64,000 bases of DNA from Hyphomicrobium sp. (lineage in GTDB: Bacteria > Pseudomonadota > Alphaproteobacteria > Rhizobiales > Hyphomicrobiaceae): positions 17,183-81,182 of the forward strand of contig NZ_JBAYUV010000007.1 of assembly GCF_041674905.1 (NCBI RefSeq), given 5' to 3'. Position numbers and translations under genes: made by a program. The number at the start of each line of letters is the position of its first letter. Position 1 is the stretch's first letter. Below are positions 9,945-20,115 of this stretch, in pieces. A model generated the notes under the pieces. It was not told the origin of the DNA, made no database searches, and worked only from the letters and a program-made list of their open reading frames with translations.

Positions 9945-11234
9945 TTACGTAAAGAGATCATGAGCCTTGGTCAGTGCCGTCACCAGAGCGTCAGCCTCGG
10001 CTTTCGTGTTGTATAATGCGAAGGAGGCGCGGCATGTTGCCGTTACTCCCAAGCGTTCCATCAGCGGCTGCGCGCAATGGTGCCCCGCGCGTATCGCGAC
10101 GCCCGACCGATCGATGATGGTCGAGACGTCGTGGGGATGCAGGCCGTCGACCGTAAATGAGAAAATCGCGCCTTTGCCCGGCGCCGTGCCATAAAGCTTC
10201 AGCCACGGAAGCTCGGCCAGGCGTTCGGCCGCATAAGCGCCAAGCTCCGCCTCGTGGTGCGCGATGCGGTCGCGGCCGATCTGCATCATATAGTTCAGCG
10301 CCGCGTTCAGTCCCACGGCTTCGACAATCGCGGGCGTTCCGGCTTCGAAGCGATGCGGCGGCTTCGCATAGGTGATGCGTTCGAGGGAGACATTCTCGAT
10401 CATATCGCCGCCGCCTTCGTAGGGCGGCATCGCCTCGAGATGCTCGCGCTTGGCGTAGAGGACGCCGATGCCCGACGGGCCGTATGTCTTGTGCCCCGTG
10501 AAAACGTAGAAATCGCAATCGAGATCGCGCACATCGACGGTCATGTGCACTGCTGACTGGCTGCCGTCGATGAGAACGGGAACGCCCTTGGCATGCGCGA
10601 TGCGGATGATGTCCTTCACCGGATTCACCGTGCCGAGCACGTTCGACATGTGGGTCACGGCGACGAGTTTGGTGCGCTTGGTGATCAACTGGTCGAGCTT
10701 TTCGACGATCAGCTCGCCGCGATCGGTCATCGGCGCCCACTTCAGCACCGCGCCGTTGCGCTCGCGCAGGAAATGCCACGGCACGATGTTGGCGTGATGC
10801 TCCATGATCGTGATGACGATCTCGTCGCCCTCACCGATGCGTGGCTCGCCGAAAGAGCGCGCGACGAGATTGATCGCGCCGGTCGCGTTGCGGGTGAAGA
10901 TGATCTCTTCGGCGTGCTGGGCGTTGAGAAACCGGCGCGCGGTCTCGCGTGCCGCCTCGTAATGATCGGTCGCGACGTTCGAGAGATGGTGCAGGCCGCG
11001 ATGCACGTTGGCGTATTCGAAGCGATACGCGTAATCCATCGCTTCGATGACGGAACGCGGTTTCTGTGCCGACGCGCCGTTGTCGAGATAGACGAGCGGC
11101 CGGTCGTGGACTTCGCGAAACAGAATTGGGAAGTCGGCGCGAAGAAGCTCGACGTCGTAAGGCGCGGCGGTCAGGCCCGTTTGCGAACCGGCGCTGCGCA
11201 CAGCTGCAACTTTCGTTTCACTTCCCATCTGCAT
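9945..11234 (-). CDS. sufS: Cysteine desulfurase, SufS subfamily
   Basis: 429 aa with the PLP-Lys motif TGHKTYGPSGIGVLY and the C-terminal active-site RAGHHCAQPL. Confidence 0.9.
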   Translation of the reverse strand: MQMGSETKVAAVRSAGSQTGLTAAPYDVELLRADFPILFREVHDRPLVYLDNGASAQKPRSVIEAMDYAYRFEYANVHRGLHHLSNVATDHYEAARETARRFLNAQHAEEIIFTRNATGAINLVARSFGEPRIGEGDEIVITIMEHHANIVPWHFLRERNGAVLKWAPMTDRGELIVEKLDQLITKRTKLVAVTHMSNVLGTVNPVKDIIRIAHAKGVPVLIDGSQSAVHMTVDVRDLDCDFYVFTGHKTYGPSGIGVLYAKREHLEAMPPYEGGGDMIENVSLERITYAKPPHRFEAGTPAIVEAVGLNAALNYMMQIGRDRIAHHEAELGAYAAERLAELPWLKLYGTAPGKGAIFSFTVDGLHPHDVSTIIDRSGVAIRAGHHCAQPLMERLGVTATCRASFALYNTKAEADALVTALTKAHDLFT

Positions 11235-11236
11235 TC

Positions 11237-12571
11237 CTATCCGCGAGCCGTGTGCGCAAGCCAGTTTATCGCATAGGCCATCAACGCCGTGTGAAGCTCC
11301 GGATTCTCGATTTTATCGATCGCTTCACCGATAAACGACTCGATCATCAGAGCGCGGGCCTGGCTTTCCGGAATACCGCGCGACCGGCAATAAAACAGCA
11401 GATCGGGATCAAGCTCCGCCGATGTCGTGCCGTGACCGCAGACGACGTCGTCGGCGAAAATCTCAAGCTCGGGCTTGGAGTCGAATTCGGCATCCGCCGA
11501 CAGCATCAGCGCTTGCGACATCTGCTTGCCATCGGTTTTCTGTGCATTGGGCTGAACGATGATCTTGCCCTGGAACACGCCACGCCCGTGTCCATCGAGC
11601 ACGCCTTTGAACAGCTCGCGGCTTTCGCAGCCGGGCACGGCGTGATCGACGACCAGCGTGGTATCGATGTGCTCGTGCGCGCGGGCCATGTAAGCGCCCG
11701 ACAAGTCGAGCTTGCCGCCTTCTCCGGCGTAGCGGACGTTGGTCTCGTTGCGGGCAAGTCCGAGCCCTGACGAAAACTGGAAGCCGCGATAGGTCGCGTC
11801 TGCTTGGAGTACGACGTCCCAATCGGCGAGATGCACGCATTTGCCGTCATCGACGGCGACCTTGGCATGGTGCAGGGTTGCAGCCTTGCCGACGCTGACT
11901 TCGGTCAGCGCATTGCTTTGCGCATCGGGTGTGGAACCCGGAAGGACAACATGCGCCTCGATGATCGTCGCCGTTGCGCCGGCGCCGATCGAGACGAAAT
12001 TGCGCACGGTCACGGCGTGTCTCGCGCTTCCGGCGCGCACGAAGACGATGAGCAGCGGCTTCGTCAACACTGCCTTGTCGGCAACGCGAACGATGGCGCC
12101 GTCGGTCATGAAGGCGGCGTTCAGCGCCGCGATCGCGCCGTTGGCGTCGGATTTCGTCAACGCATCGGCGACATTCGTCGGCGCGGAAGCGAGCGTTTTT
12201 CCGAGCGTCGCAATATCGAAGCCCGACGCATCGCTCAGATCATCGAGTTCACTGCGGTGGCGGCCGTTGACGAACGCGATGCGATGCGCGTCGACGTGGG
12301 CGAGCGGTCCGAGCGCGACGATCAATTCCGCAATGGTCAGCGCGGTTTCGTCCTGAACGGCCGGCGGCAACGCTTCCTTGAGAGCGCCGCGAAGGTCCGT
12401 GTACTTCCATTCCTCGATGCGCCGATGCGGCAGACCGAGAGATCCGAACGCGCCGATCGCTTCGGCGCGCCGGGCCTTGACAGCGGCGCTTCCGGGCAAT
12501 TTCGCGGCAGAGGCCTCGAACGCCTCCGTCAACGCCTGCTCGGCCTTTGTTTTCATCAATGCCACGTTCAT
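11237..12571 (-). CDS. sufD: Fe-S cluster assembly protein SufD
   Basis: 444 aa located between sufC and sufS. The C-terminal SufB/SufD beta-helix region ends in ...ELEIFADDVVCGHGTTSAELD. Confidence 0.85.
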   Translation of the reverse strand: MNVALMKTKAEQALTEAFEASAAKLPGSAAVKARRAEAIGAFGSLGLPHRRIEEWKYTDLRGALKEALPPAVQDETALTIAELIVALGPLAHVDAHRIAFVNGRHRSELDDLSDASGFDIATLGKTLASAPTNVADALTKSDANGAIAALNAAFMTDGAIVRVADKAVLTKPLLIVFVRAGSARHAVTVRNFVSIGAGATATIIEAHVVLPGSTPDAQSNALTEVSVGKAATLHHAKVAVDDGKCVHLADWDVVLQADATYRGFQFSSGLGLARNETNVRYAGEGGKLDLSGAYMARAHEHIDTTLVVDHAVPGCESRELFKGVLDGHGRGVFQGKIIVQPNAQKTDGKQMSQALMLSADAEFDSKPELEIFADDVVCGHGTTSAELDPDLLFYCRSRGIPESQARALMIESFIGEAIDKIENPELHTALMAYAINWLAHTARG

Positions 12572-12572
12572 G

Positions 12573-13328
12573 TCACGCCGCCTTGCCGGTGAAGTCCGCG
12601 TATCCCGATTTTTCCAGCTCGAGCGCGAGTTCCTTGCCGCCTGTTTTCTGAATGCGGCCGTCGGCCAGCACGTGAACCTTGTCGGGAACGATGTAGTTCA
12701 ACAGCCGCTGATAGTGCGTGATGACGAGGAATGCGCGATCCTTGTCACGAAGCGCATTGACGCCTTCGGCGACGATGCGCAGGGCGTCGATATCGAGACC
12801 TGAATCGGTTTCATCGAGCACGCAGAGCGTCGGCTCGAGGAGCGCCATCTGGAGAATCTCGGAACGCTTTTTCTCGCCGCCCGAGAAGCCGACGTTGACG
12901 GGACGCTTCAGCATGTTGATGTCGATGTTGAGCTTCTCGCCCTTCTCTTTGGCGATCTTCATGAAGGCGGGAGTCGTCAGCTCGGGTTCTCCGCGCTTCT
13001 TTCTCACCGCGTTCATCGCCGTGCGAAGGAACGTCAAACCGGCAACGCCGGGAATTTCCATCGGATACTGGAACGCCAGGAAGACGCCTTTGGCGGCGCG
13101 CTCATCGGGCGCCATTTCAAGAATGGATTCGCCGTTCCAGAGAATGTCGCCGTCGGTCACTTCATAGCCGGCGCGGCCTGCGAGCACATAAGCGAGCGTC
13201 GATTTTCCGGAGCCGTTCGGGCCCATGATGGCGTGGACTTCGCCTTTCGGAACGGTGAGCGAAAGTCCTTTCAGGATCACGCGATCCTCGTCCTCGAGCT
13301 TTACGTGCAGGTTTTTAATTTCAAGCAT
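12573..13328 (-). CDS. sufC: Fe-S cluster assembly ATPase SufC
   Basis: Walker [13 protein letters not shown] signature FSGGEKKR and Walker [13 protein letters not shown]. The start is taken at MLEIKNLHV. Confidence 0.92.
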   Translation of the reverse strand: MLEIKNLHVKLEDEDRVILKGLSLTVPKGEVHAIMGPNGSGKSTLAYVLAGRAGYEVTDGDILWNGESILEMAPDERAAKGVFLAFQYPMEIPGVAGLTFLRTAMNAVRKKRGEPELTTPAFMKIAKEKGEKLNIDINMLKRPVNVGFSGGEKKRSEILQMALLEPTLCVLDETDSGLDIDALRIVAEGVNALRDKDRAFLVITHYQRLLNYIVPDKVHVLADGRIQKTGGKELALELEKSGYADFTGKAA

Positions 13329-13400
13329 CTGTTCGACCTTTACACTTTCAACTTCGCGATAGCGCAATTCGTCTGCGCTTCATTCCTATTCACGTCTGGC

Positions 13401-13430
13401 GTGGATGGCCGCCTGCGCGGCCATGACGGT
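13401..13430 (+). repeat. REP-like palindromic repeat, copy 1 (sufB-sufC intergenic)
   Basis: GTGGATGGCCGCCTGCGCGGCCATGACGG has an 8-bp stem (ATGGCCGC/GCGGCCAT) and a 4-nt loop. The same unit recurs at 43088, 43230 (inverted) and 43377. Confidence 0.75.
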
Positions 13431-13452
13431 AGAAGGGAGCAAAAAACACCCA

Positions 13453-14922
<1,470 letters not shown>

Positions 14923-14979
14923 TTCCTCGTCTCTCTTTCAACAATGCCGCAAAGGCGGCCCTTCAGTTCAGTTTTGTCT

Positions 14980-16551
14980 TCAAGCGGCGATCGCCTGCGA
15001 ACCGGCAATCGCTCGCCAGGCCGCGATAAACGCCGCGATGTCGTCTTTCGTCGTTTCAATCCCAAGGCTGATCCGTATCGTTCCGGATGCGATCTCGGGA
15101 CCAAGTCCCATCGCTTCGAGCACATGGCTGGCGCCAACTTTGCCCGACGAACAGGCCGAGCCCGCGCTGACCGCGATACCGGCCAGATCGAGGCGGATCA
15201 CCAATGTCTCCGCCAGCTTGCCCGGCAGCGCGACCGCGATGGTGTTGCCAATTCGTGGCGCGGTTTCGCTGATGATCTCGGCGCGCGGGCTGATGGCGCG
15301 GATGTGCGCTTCGAGATCGTCGCGCAAGCCTTTAACCGCCGACATGCCGGGAAGTTCAGCGTAGGCGGCCTCGGCCGCGGCGCCAAAGCCCGCTATGGCC
15401 GCGACATTCTCCGTCCCAGCGCGGCGGCGCCGTTCCTGGCCGCCGCCACGCAGCAGCGGCACGAGATCAAAATGATCGCGAATGATGAGTGCGCCGATCC
15501 CTTTCGGGCCGCCGAGCTTATGCGCCGAGATCGCCATCGTATCGAGGCACAGCGCCGCAAAATCAACGGGCACGCGGCCCGCCGCCTGAACCGCATCCGA
15601 GTGCACGACGATGCCATGCGCTCGCGCGAATTCGGCGACCTCGGCGACCGGCTGGATAACGCCGGTTTCATTGTTCGCCATTTGCAGAGCGATCACTGCC
15701 GGGCGAGCTACGCCATGCTTCAAAATCAATTCGGCGATTTGCTCGACGCGCACCACACCATCGCGGCCGGTCGAAAGCTCGATGACGTTGCATTTTGCAG
15801 CGTGCGCCGGAGCAAGAACGGAATCATGCTCGATGCCGCTCGTCAGGATCGTTTCCCACGGCTGCGCCATGACCCAGGCATTCGCCTCTGATGCGCCGCT
15901 CGTGAAGACAACTTCAGACGGTTTCGCGCCGACCAGACGCGCGACGCTTTCGCGTGCCGATTCGACGATGCTTCGCGCGCGGCGTCCCTCCATGTGGACC
16001 GAGGACGGATTTCCGACCACGTCGAGCGCCACGATCATGGCGGCCTTGGCCTCGGGCCGCAGCGGCGTGGTCGCGTTGTAATCGAGATAAGCGCGCTTCT
16101 TGGGTGCCGGCGAATCCGAAACAGCCGCGGCGGCCCGCACGGCAAATTCTCCACCGGGCAATACGTCCGCAAGACTTACCGACTCAAGGAACTCCGACGT
16201 GGCCTTACTCAGTGCGCTCCATAAGACGTGCGTCAGGCACGGTGTCGCAACCGAGCAGCGCGGGTCGTTATCGGTGCATCGGGTGAAGTGCGTGACTTCC
16301 TCGACGGCAGCCATCACGGCGGCAATGGAAATCTCGGCAGACTTCTTCGCGAGCCGGTAGCCGCCTGAGCGACCACGGGCGCTCTCGACGAGGCCGGAGC
16401 GGCGGAGCGGAACGAAAAGCTGTTCAAGATAGGACAGCGGCAAATGCTGGCGATCCGCGACCGACGAAAGCGGAACAGCAGTTTGATCGGCGTGCGCGGC
16501 GAGATCCGCCATCGCCATGACCGCGTACCGGCCTTTGGTCGTCAGTTCCAC
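14980..16551 (-). CDS. Fusion protein: Rrf2/IscR-type regulator domain (aa 1-~130) + NifS/IscS-type cysteine desulfurase (aa ~154-523)
   Basis: The N-terminus reads MELTTKGRYAVMAMADLA...LSYLEQLF...GRSGGYRLA (Rrf2 wHTH) with C92-x6-C99-x5-C105-x2-H108. A ~23-aa linker follows, then AYLDYNATTPL, SAHKLGGPKGIGAL (PLP Lys) and SAGSACSSG (catalytic Cys loop). It is one uninterrupted ORF. Confidence 0.8.
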   Translation of the reverse strand: MELTTKGRYAVMAMADLAAHADQTAVPLSSVADRQHLPLSYLEQLFVPLRRSGLVESARGRSGGYRLAKKSAEISIAAVMAAVEEVTHFTRCTDNDPRCSVATPCLTHVLWSALSKATSEFLESVSLADVLPGGEFAVRAAAAVSDSPAPKKRAYLDYNATTPLRPEAKAAMIVALDVVGNPSSVHMEGRRARSIVESARESVARLVGAKPSEVVFTSGASEANAWVMAQPWETILTSGIEHDSVLAPAHAAKCNVIELSTGRDGVVRVEQIAELILKHGVARPAVIALQMANNETGVIQPVAEVAEFARAHGIVVHSDAVQAAGRVPVDFAALCLDTMAISAHKLGGPKGIGALIIRDHFDLVPLLRGGGQERRRRAGTENVAAIAGFGAAAEAAYAELPGMSAVKGLRDDLEAHIRAISPRAEIISETAPRIGNTIAVALPGKLAETLVIRLDLAGIAVSAGSACSSGKVGASHVLEAMGLGPEIASGTIRISLGIETTKDDIAAFIAAWRAIAGSQAIAA

Positions 16552-16817
16552 ATTCGTCTCCGGACTAGAGCCGCCTCAAGTGGCGGCGAAATCCTTGCCT
16601 TGCGCCCGATACCCCTGACTGTGCTAAGACAGCCGCCTTGACTTGCGGCGTGAACCTTAACAAAGCTAGGAAATGTTTCGAACCGTTCTAAACTTATGGA
16701 AATCCTGAGTGCGGAAGTCAAGGTTCAAGAAACAGAGCCACGAGGATTTGAACGCGACCTCGTGTCCGAGCGCCCAGCCGGCCTAACCCCGATCACCACA
16801 AACCGAGAAGTTTTCTG

Positions 16818-17606
16818 ATGCCCGAACTGATTATCAATGGTCCCGGCGGTCGCCTGGAGGCCCGTTATCATCATGAAGCCAACAGCGACAGCCCGATCGC
16901 GCTCATCCTTCATCCGCATCCGCAGCTCGGCGGGACGATGAATAACCAGGTTGTCTATTCATTATATCATACGTTCGCGGCGCGCGGCTTCTCGGTGCTG
17001 CGCTTCAATTTCCGTGGTGTCGGACGGAGCCAGGGCGTCTGGGACAGCGGCCCCGGCGAGCTTGCGGATGCGGCATCCGCGCTCGACTGGCTGCAGCTCG
17101 TCAAGCCCGACGCCAAGACCTGCTGGATCGCCGGCGTCTCGTTCGGCACATGGATCGCGATGCAGCTTCTCATGCGCCGCCCTGAAGTCGACGGCTTCAT
17201 CTGCGTCGCGCCGCTCGCGAACCTCTATGATTTCAACTTTCTCGCGCCGTGCCCGTCGTCCGGCCTGCTGGTCAATGGCGAACTCGACAGGGTCGTTCCG
17301 ACGTCGTCGGTTGCGGAAATGTCGGTGAAGACGAAGGTCCAGCGCGGCATCAAGATCGCGCACGAGATCATCCCCGGCGCCAACCATTTCTTCGAGAACA
17401 AGATCGAAGAACTGGGCGACGTCGTCGGCAAATATCTCGACGAACGCATGATCCAGTTCGAGCAGGATCGCGAACGCAACAAAGAGCGTGAACGCGAGCG
17501 GGAGCGCGAACGTCAGCGGCAGCGTGAGCTCGAGCGGATGGAAGCGCAGAGCGTGCCTGCACCCAGCCCGAGCGGCGGCGGTGACGACGACAGCGACGAC
17601 GAATAA
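16818..17606 (+). CDS. Alpha/beta hydrolase fold protein (COG2945-like) with a charged ER-repeat / acidic tail
   Basis: LILHPHPQLGGTMNN...LRFNFRGVGRS...AGVSFG (nucleophile elbow) is the hydrolase core. The last ~50 aa are RERNKERERERERERQRQRELER...GGGDDDSDDE. Confidence 0.75.
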   Translation: MPELIINGPGGRLEARYHHEANSDSPIALILHPHPQLGGTMNNQVVYSLYHTFAARGFSVLRFNFRGVGRSQGVWDSGPGELADAASALDWLQLVKPDAKTCWIAGVSFGTWIAMQLLMRRPEVDGFICVAPLANLYDFNFLAPCPSSGLLVNGELDRVVPTSSVAEMSVKTKVQRGIKIAHEIIPGANHFFENKIEELGDVVGKYLDERMIQFEQDRERNKERERERERERQRQRELERMEAQSVPAPSPSGGGDDDSDDE

Positions 17607-17633
17607 TCGCCGCTTTTCAAACGCGATCGCGGA

Positions 17634-18746
17634 TCAAATCAGCTTGCGTGCCGGCGATGGATCGGCGCGCAGGCCGCCCGTCATCGGCGCGGGCGCGCCC
17701 GTTGTTCCCGGAAACGTAATCGGCAGGCCTTTGACCGAGCGCACAGCGAGATAAGCCCAGGCTTCCGCCTCCAGACTATCACCGTCGATGCCAACAGCCT
17801 CGGCCGGGACGACGGCGTGCTCGACGCGCTCAGCCAGCAATCGCATGATCGTGCGGTTTCGCCTGCCGCCGCCCGCGACGATCCAAAGCTCCGGCTCTTC
17901 CGGCATATGTTCCCGCGATCTGGCGATGCTCTGCGCCGTGAACACGGCAAGCGTCGCTGCGCCACAGTCCGTCGAAAGATTTTCGATCGCGTGGGCTGCG
18001 AAGCTATTGCGGTCGAGGGATTTGGGCGGCGGCTTGGCGAAATAAGCGTGCCCGAGAAGATCACGAACGATGTCTTCGTCGGCGTGTCCGCGTGCTGCCG
18101 CAGCGCCATCCTCATCGCGGGGAAGTTTCGCCCGCCGCATCATCCAGTCGTCGAGCAACGCATTTCCGGGGCCGGTATCGAATGCAATCAGCGCGCCGTC
18201 GCGGCCGATCCACGTGACGTTCGCGACGCCGCCGATATTGACGATCGCCAGCGGCCGCTGCGGAAGCTTCGCTGTCAAAGCGCGATGATAGGCCGGGACG
18301 AGCGGCGCTCCCTGGCCGCCAGCCGCGACATCGGCCGCGCGCAAATCGTAAATCACCGGGCAGCGGGTGGCGTTCGCCAGAAGCTCGCCCAGACCGAGCT
18401 GAACCGTCAGACCGTTTTCGGGCCGGTGCAGGACCGTCTGGCCGTGAAAGCCGATCAGATCGATGGAGGCGGGCTCGATGCCGACCGCGTTAAAGAATTC
18501 AGCGACGGCATCCGCATGGCGCGTCGTCAACGCTTGCTCGGCCTCCGTCAGTGCCGCCGGACGCTCGTCGCGCGTGGAAAGATTTGCGGCCGCGGCAATC
18601 GCTTTCGCGAGCAGGTCCCGCATCCGGTCGTCGTAGGGAAACGTCCGCGCCGGACCGCGTTTCACGATGGTTTCGCCATCCGTTTCGAGATAGGCGACGT
18701 CGATGCCGTCCAGCGACGTTCCGCTCATCAGGCCGATGGCGCGCAT
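17634..18746 (-). CDS. anmK: Anhydro-N-acetylmuramic acid kinase
   Basis: MRAIGLMSGTSLDGIDVA N-terminus, GGQGAPLVPAYH and NIGGVANV. It is divergent from tyrS, as in many proteobacteria. Confidence 0.85.
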   Translation of the reverse strand: MRAIGLMSGTSLDGIDVAYLETDGETIVKRGPARTFPYDDRMRDLLAKAIAAAANLSTRDERPAALTEAEQALTTRHADAVAEFFNAVGIEPASIDLIGFHGQTVLHRPENGLTVQLGLGELLANATRCPVIYDLRAADVAAGGQGAPLVPAYHRALTAKLPQRPLAIVNIGGVANVTWIGRDGALIAFDTGPGNALLDDWMMRRAKLPRDEDGAAAARGHADEDIVRDLLGHAYFAKPPPKSLDRNSFAAHAIENLSTDCGAATLAVFTAQSIARSREHMPEEPELWIVAGGGRRNRTIMRLLAERVEHAVVPAEAVGIDGDSLEAEAWAYLAVRSVKGLPITFPGTTGAPAPMTGGLRADPSPARKLI

Positions 18747-18833
18747 CACCTTGCCCATAACCACCTTCCCGTGCATGTTGCCGCCGCCCTGTCCCTGAGA
18801 CGGACGCTACCGAAACGAAAGCTCTGAATTGCA

Positions 18834-20090
18834 ATGCCGACACTGAAGTCCGAATTCCTGCAGATTATGACCGAGCGCGGTTTCGTCCACCAGTGCTCAG
18901 ACCTCGATGGCCTCGACAAACTCGCATCCGAGGGGCGCGCAATCGCCTATGCGGGCTACGACTGCACGGCGCCATCGCTGCACGTCGGACATTTGATCTC
19001 GATCATGATGCTGTCGTGGCTGCAAAGAACGGGCGGCAAGCCGATCGCGCTGATGGGCGGCGGCACGACACGCGTTGGCGATCCGTCGGGCAAGGACGAA
19101 ACGCGCCAGATCCGCACGATCGCGGAGATCGACGCCAACAAGGACAGCATCAAGCGCGTGTTCTCGAACTTCCTGGCGTTCGGCACCGGCAAATCCGACG
19201 CGCTGATGGTCGACAACGCCGAATGGCTGGCGCCGCTCAACTATATCGAATTCCTGCGCGACGTGGGGCGGCATTTCTCGGTCAACCGCATGCTGACGAT
19301 GGACAGCGCGAAGCTGCGTCTCGACCGTGAGCAGGAGCTGTCATTCATCGAATTCAACTACATGCTGCTGCAGTCCTACGATTTCGTCGAACTCAACCGC
19401 CGCTATGGCTGCAACCTGCAGATGGGCGGCTCGGATCAGTGGGGCAACATCGTCACCGGCATCGATCTCGGCCGCCGGATGGGGGTCAAGGAGCAACTCT
19501 TCGGGCTGACGTGCCCGCTGCTGACGACGTCGTCGGGCGCCAAGATGGGCAAGACCGCATCCGGCGCGGTGTGGCTCAACGAGGCGCAGCTTTCGCCCTA
19601 CGACTACTGGCAGTTCTGGCGCAACACGGAAGACGCCGACGTTGCCCGCTTCCTAAAACTTTTCACGATGCTGCCGCTCGACGAGATCGCGAAACTTTCG
19701 AGCCTCGGCGGAGCGGAGATCAACGAGGCGAAGAAGACGCTGGCGACAGAGGCGACTGCGCTGGTGCATGGCCGCGAGAAGGCGGAAGCGGCGGCCGAGA
19801 CGGCGCGCAAGACGTTCGAACAAGGAGCGCTTGCGACCGACCTGCCGACGATCGAGATTTCTTCAGCAGAATTAGAAACCGGACTTGGCGTGCTGACCGC
19901 ATTCGTCAAGGCCGGGCTCGTCGCGTCGAACAGCGAGGCGCGGCGGCAAATTCAAGGCGGCGGGCTGAAGGTCAACGATGAGGCCGTGACGTCGGACAAG
20001 GCCGTTCTCAAGGCGACGGATGCGGTTTCAAACGGCGTGATCAAGCTCTCGCTCGGCAAGAAGAAGCACGTTCTCGTGCGACCCGTCTGA
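18834..20090 (+). CDS. tyrS: Tyrosine--tRNA ligase
   Basis: HIGH-type motif (PSLHVGHL), KMGKT (the KMSKS equivalent) and a C-terminal S4-like domain. Confidence 0.95.
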   Translation: MPTLKSEFLQIMTERGFVHQCSDLDGLDKLASEGRAIAYAGYDCTAPSLHVGHLISIMMLSWLQRTGGKPIALMGGGTTRVGDPSGKDETRQIRTIAEIDANKDSIKRVFSNFLAFGTGKSDALMVDNAEWLAPLNYIEFLRDVGRHFSVNRMLTMDSAKLRLDREQELSFIEFNYMLLQSYDFVELNRRYGCNLQMGGSDQWGNIVTGIDLGRRMGVKEQLFGLTCPLLTTSSGAKMGKTASGAVWLNEAQLSPYDYWQFWRNTEDADVARFLKLFTMLPLDEIAKLSSLGGAEINEAKKTLATEATALVHGREKAEAAAETARKTFEQGALATDLPTIEISSAELETGLGVLTAFVKAGLVASNSEARRQIQGGGLKVNDEAVTSDKAVLKATDAVSNGVIKLSLGKKKHVLVRPV

Positions 20091-20115
20091 CCCAAACGCG
20101 AATTCGGGCGGAGAC

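Noticed and set aside
16739-16775. Possible tRNA fragment (GGATTTGAAC resembles the complement of a T-loop)
   Set aside because: No acceptor stem, D-arm or anticodon arm can be built around it. The local structure is just a 7-bp hairpin with a 12-nt loop.
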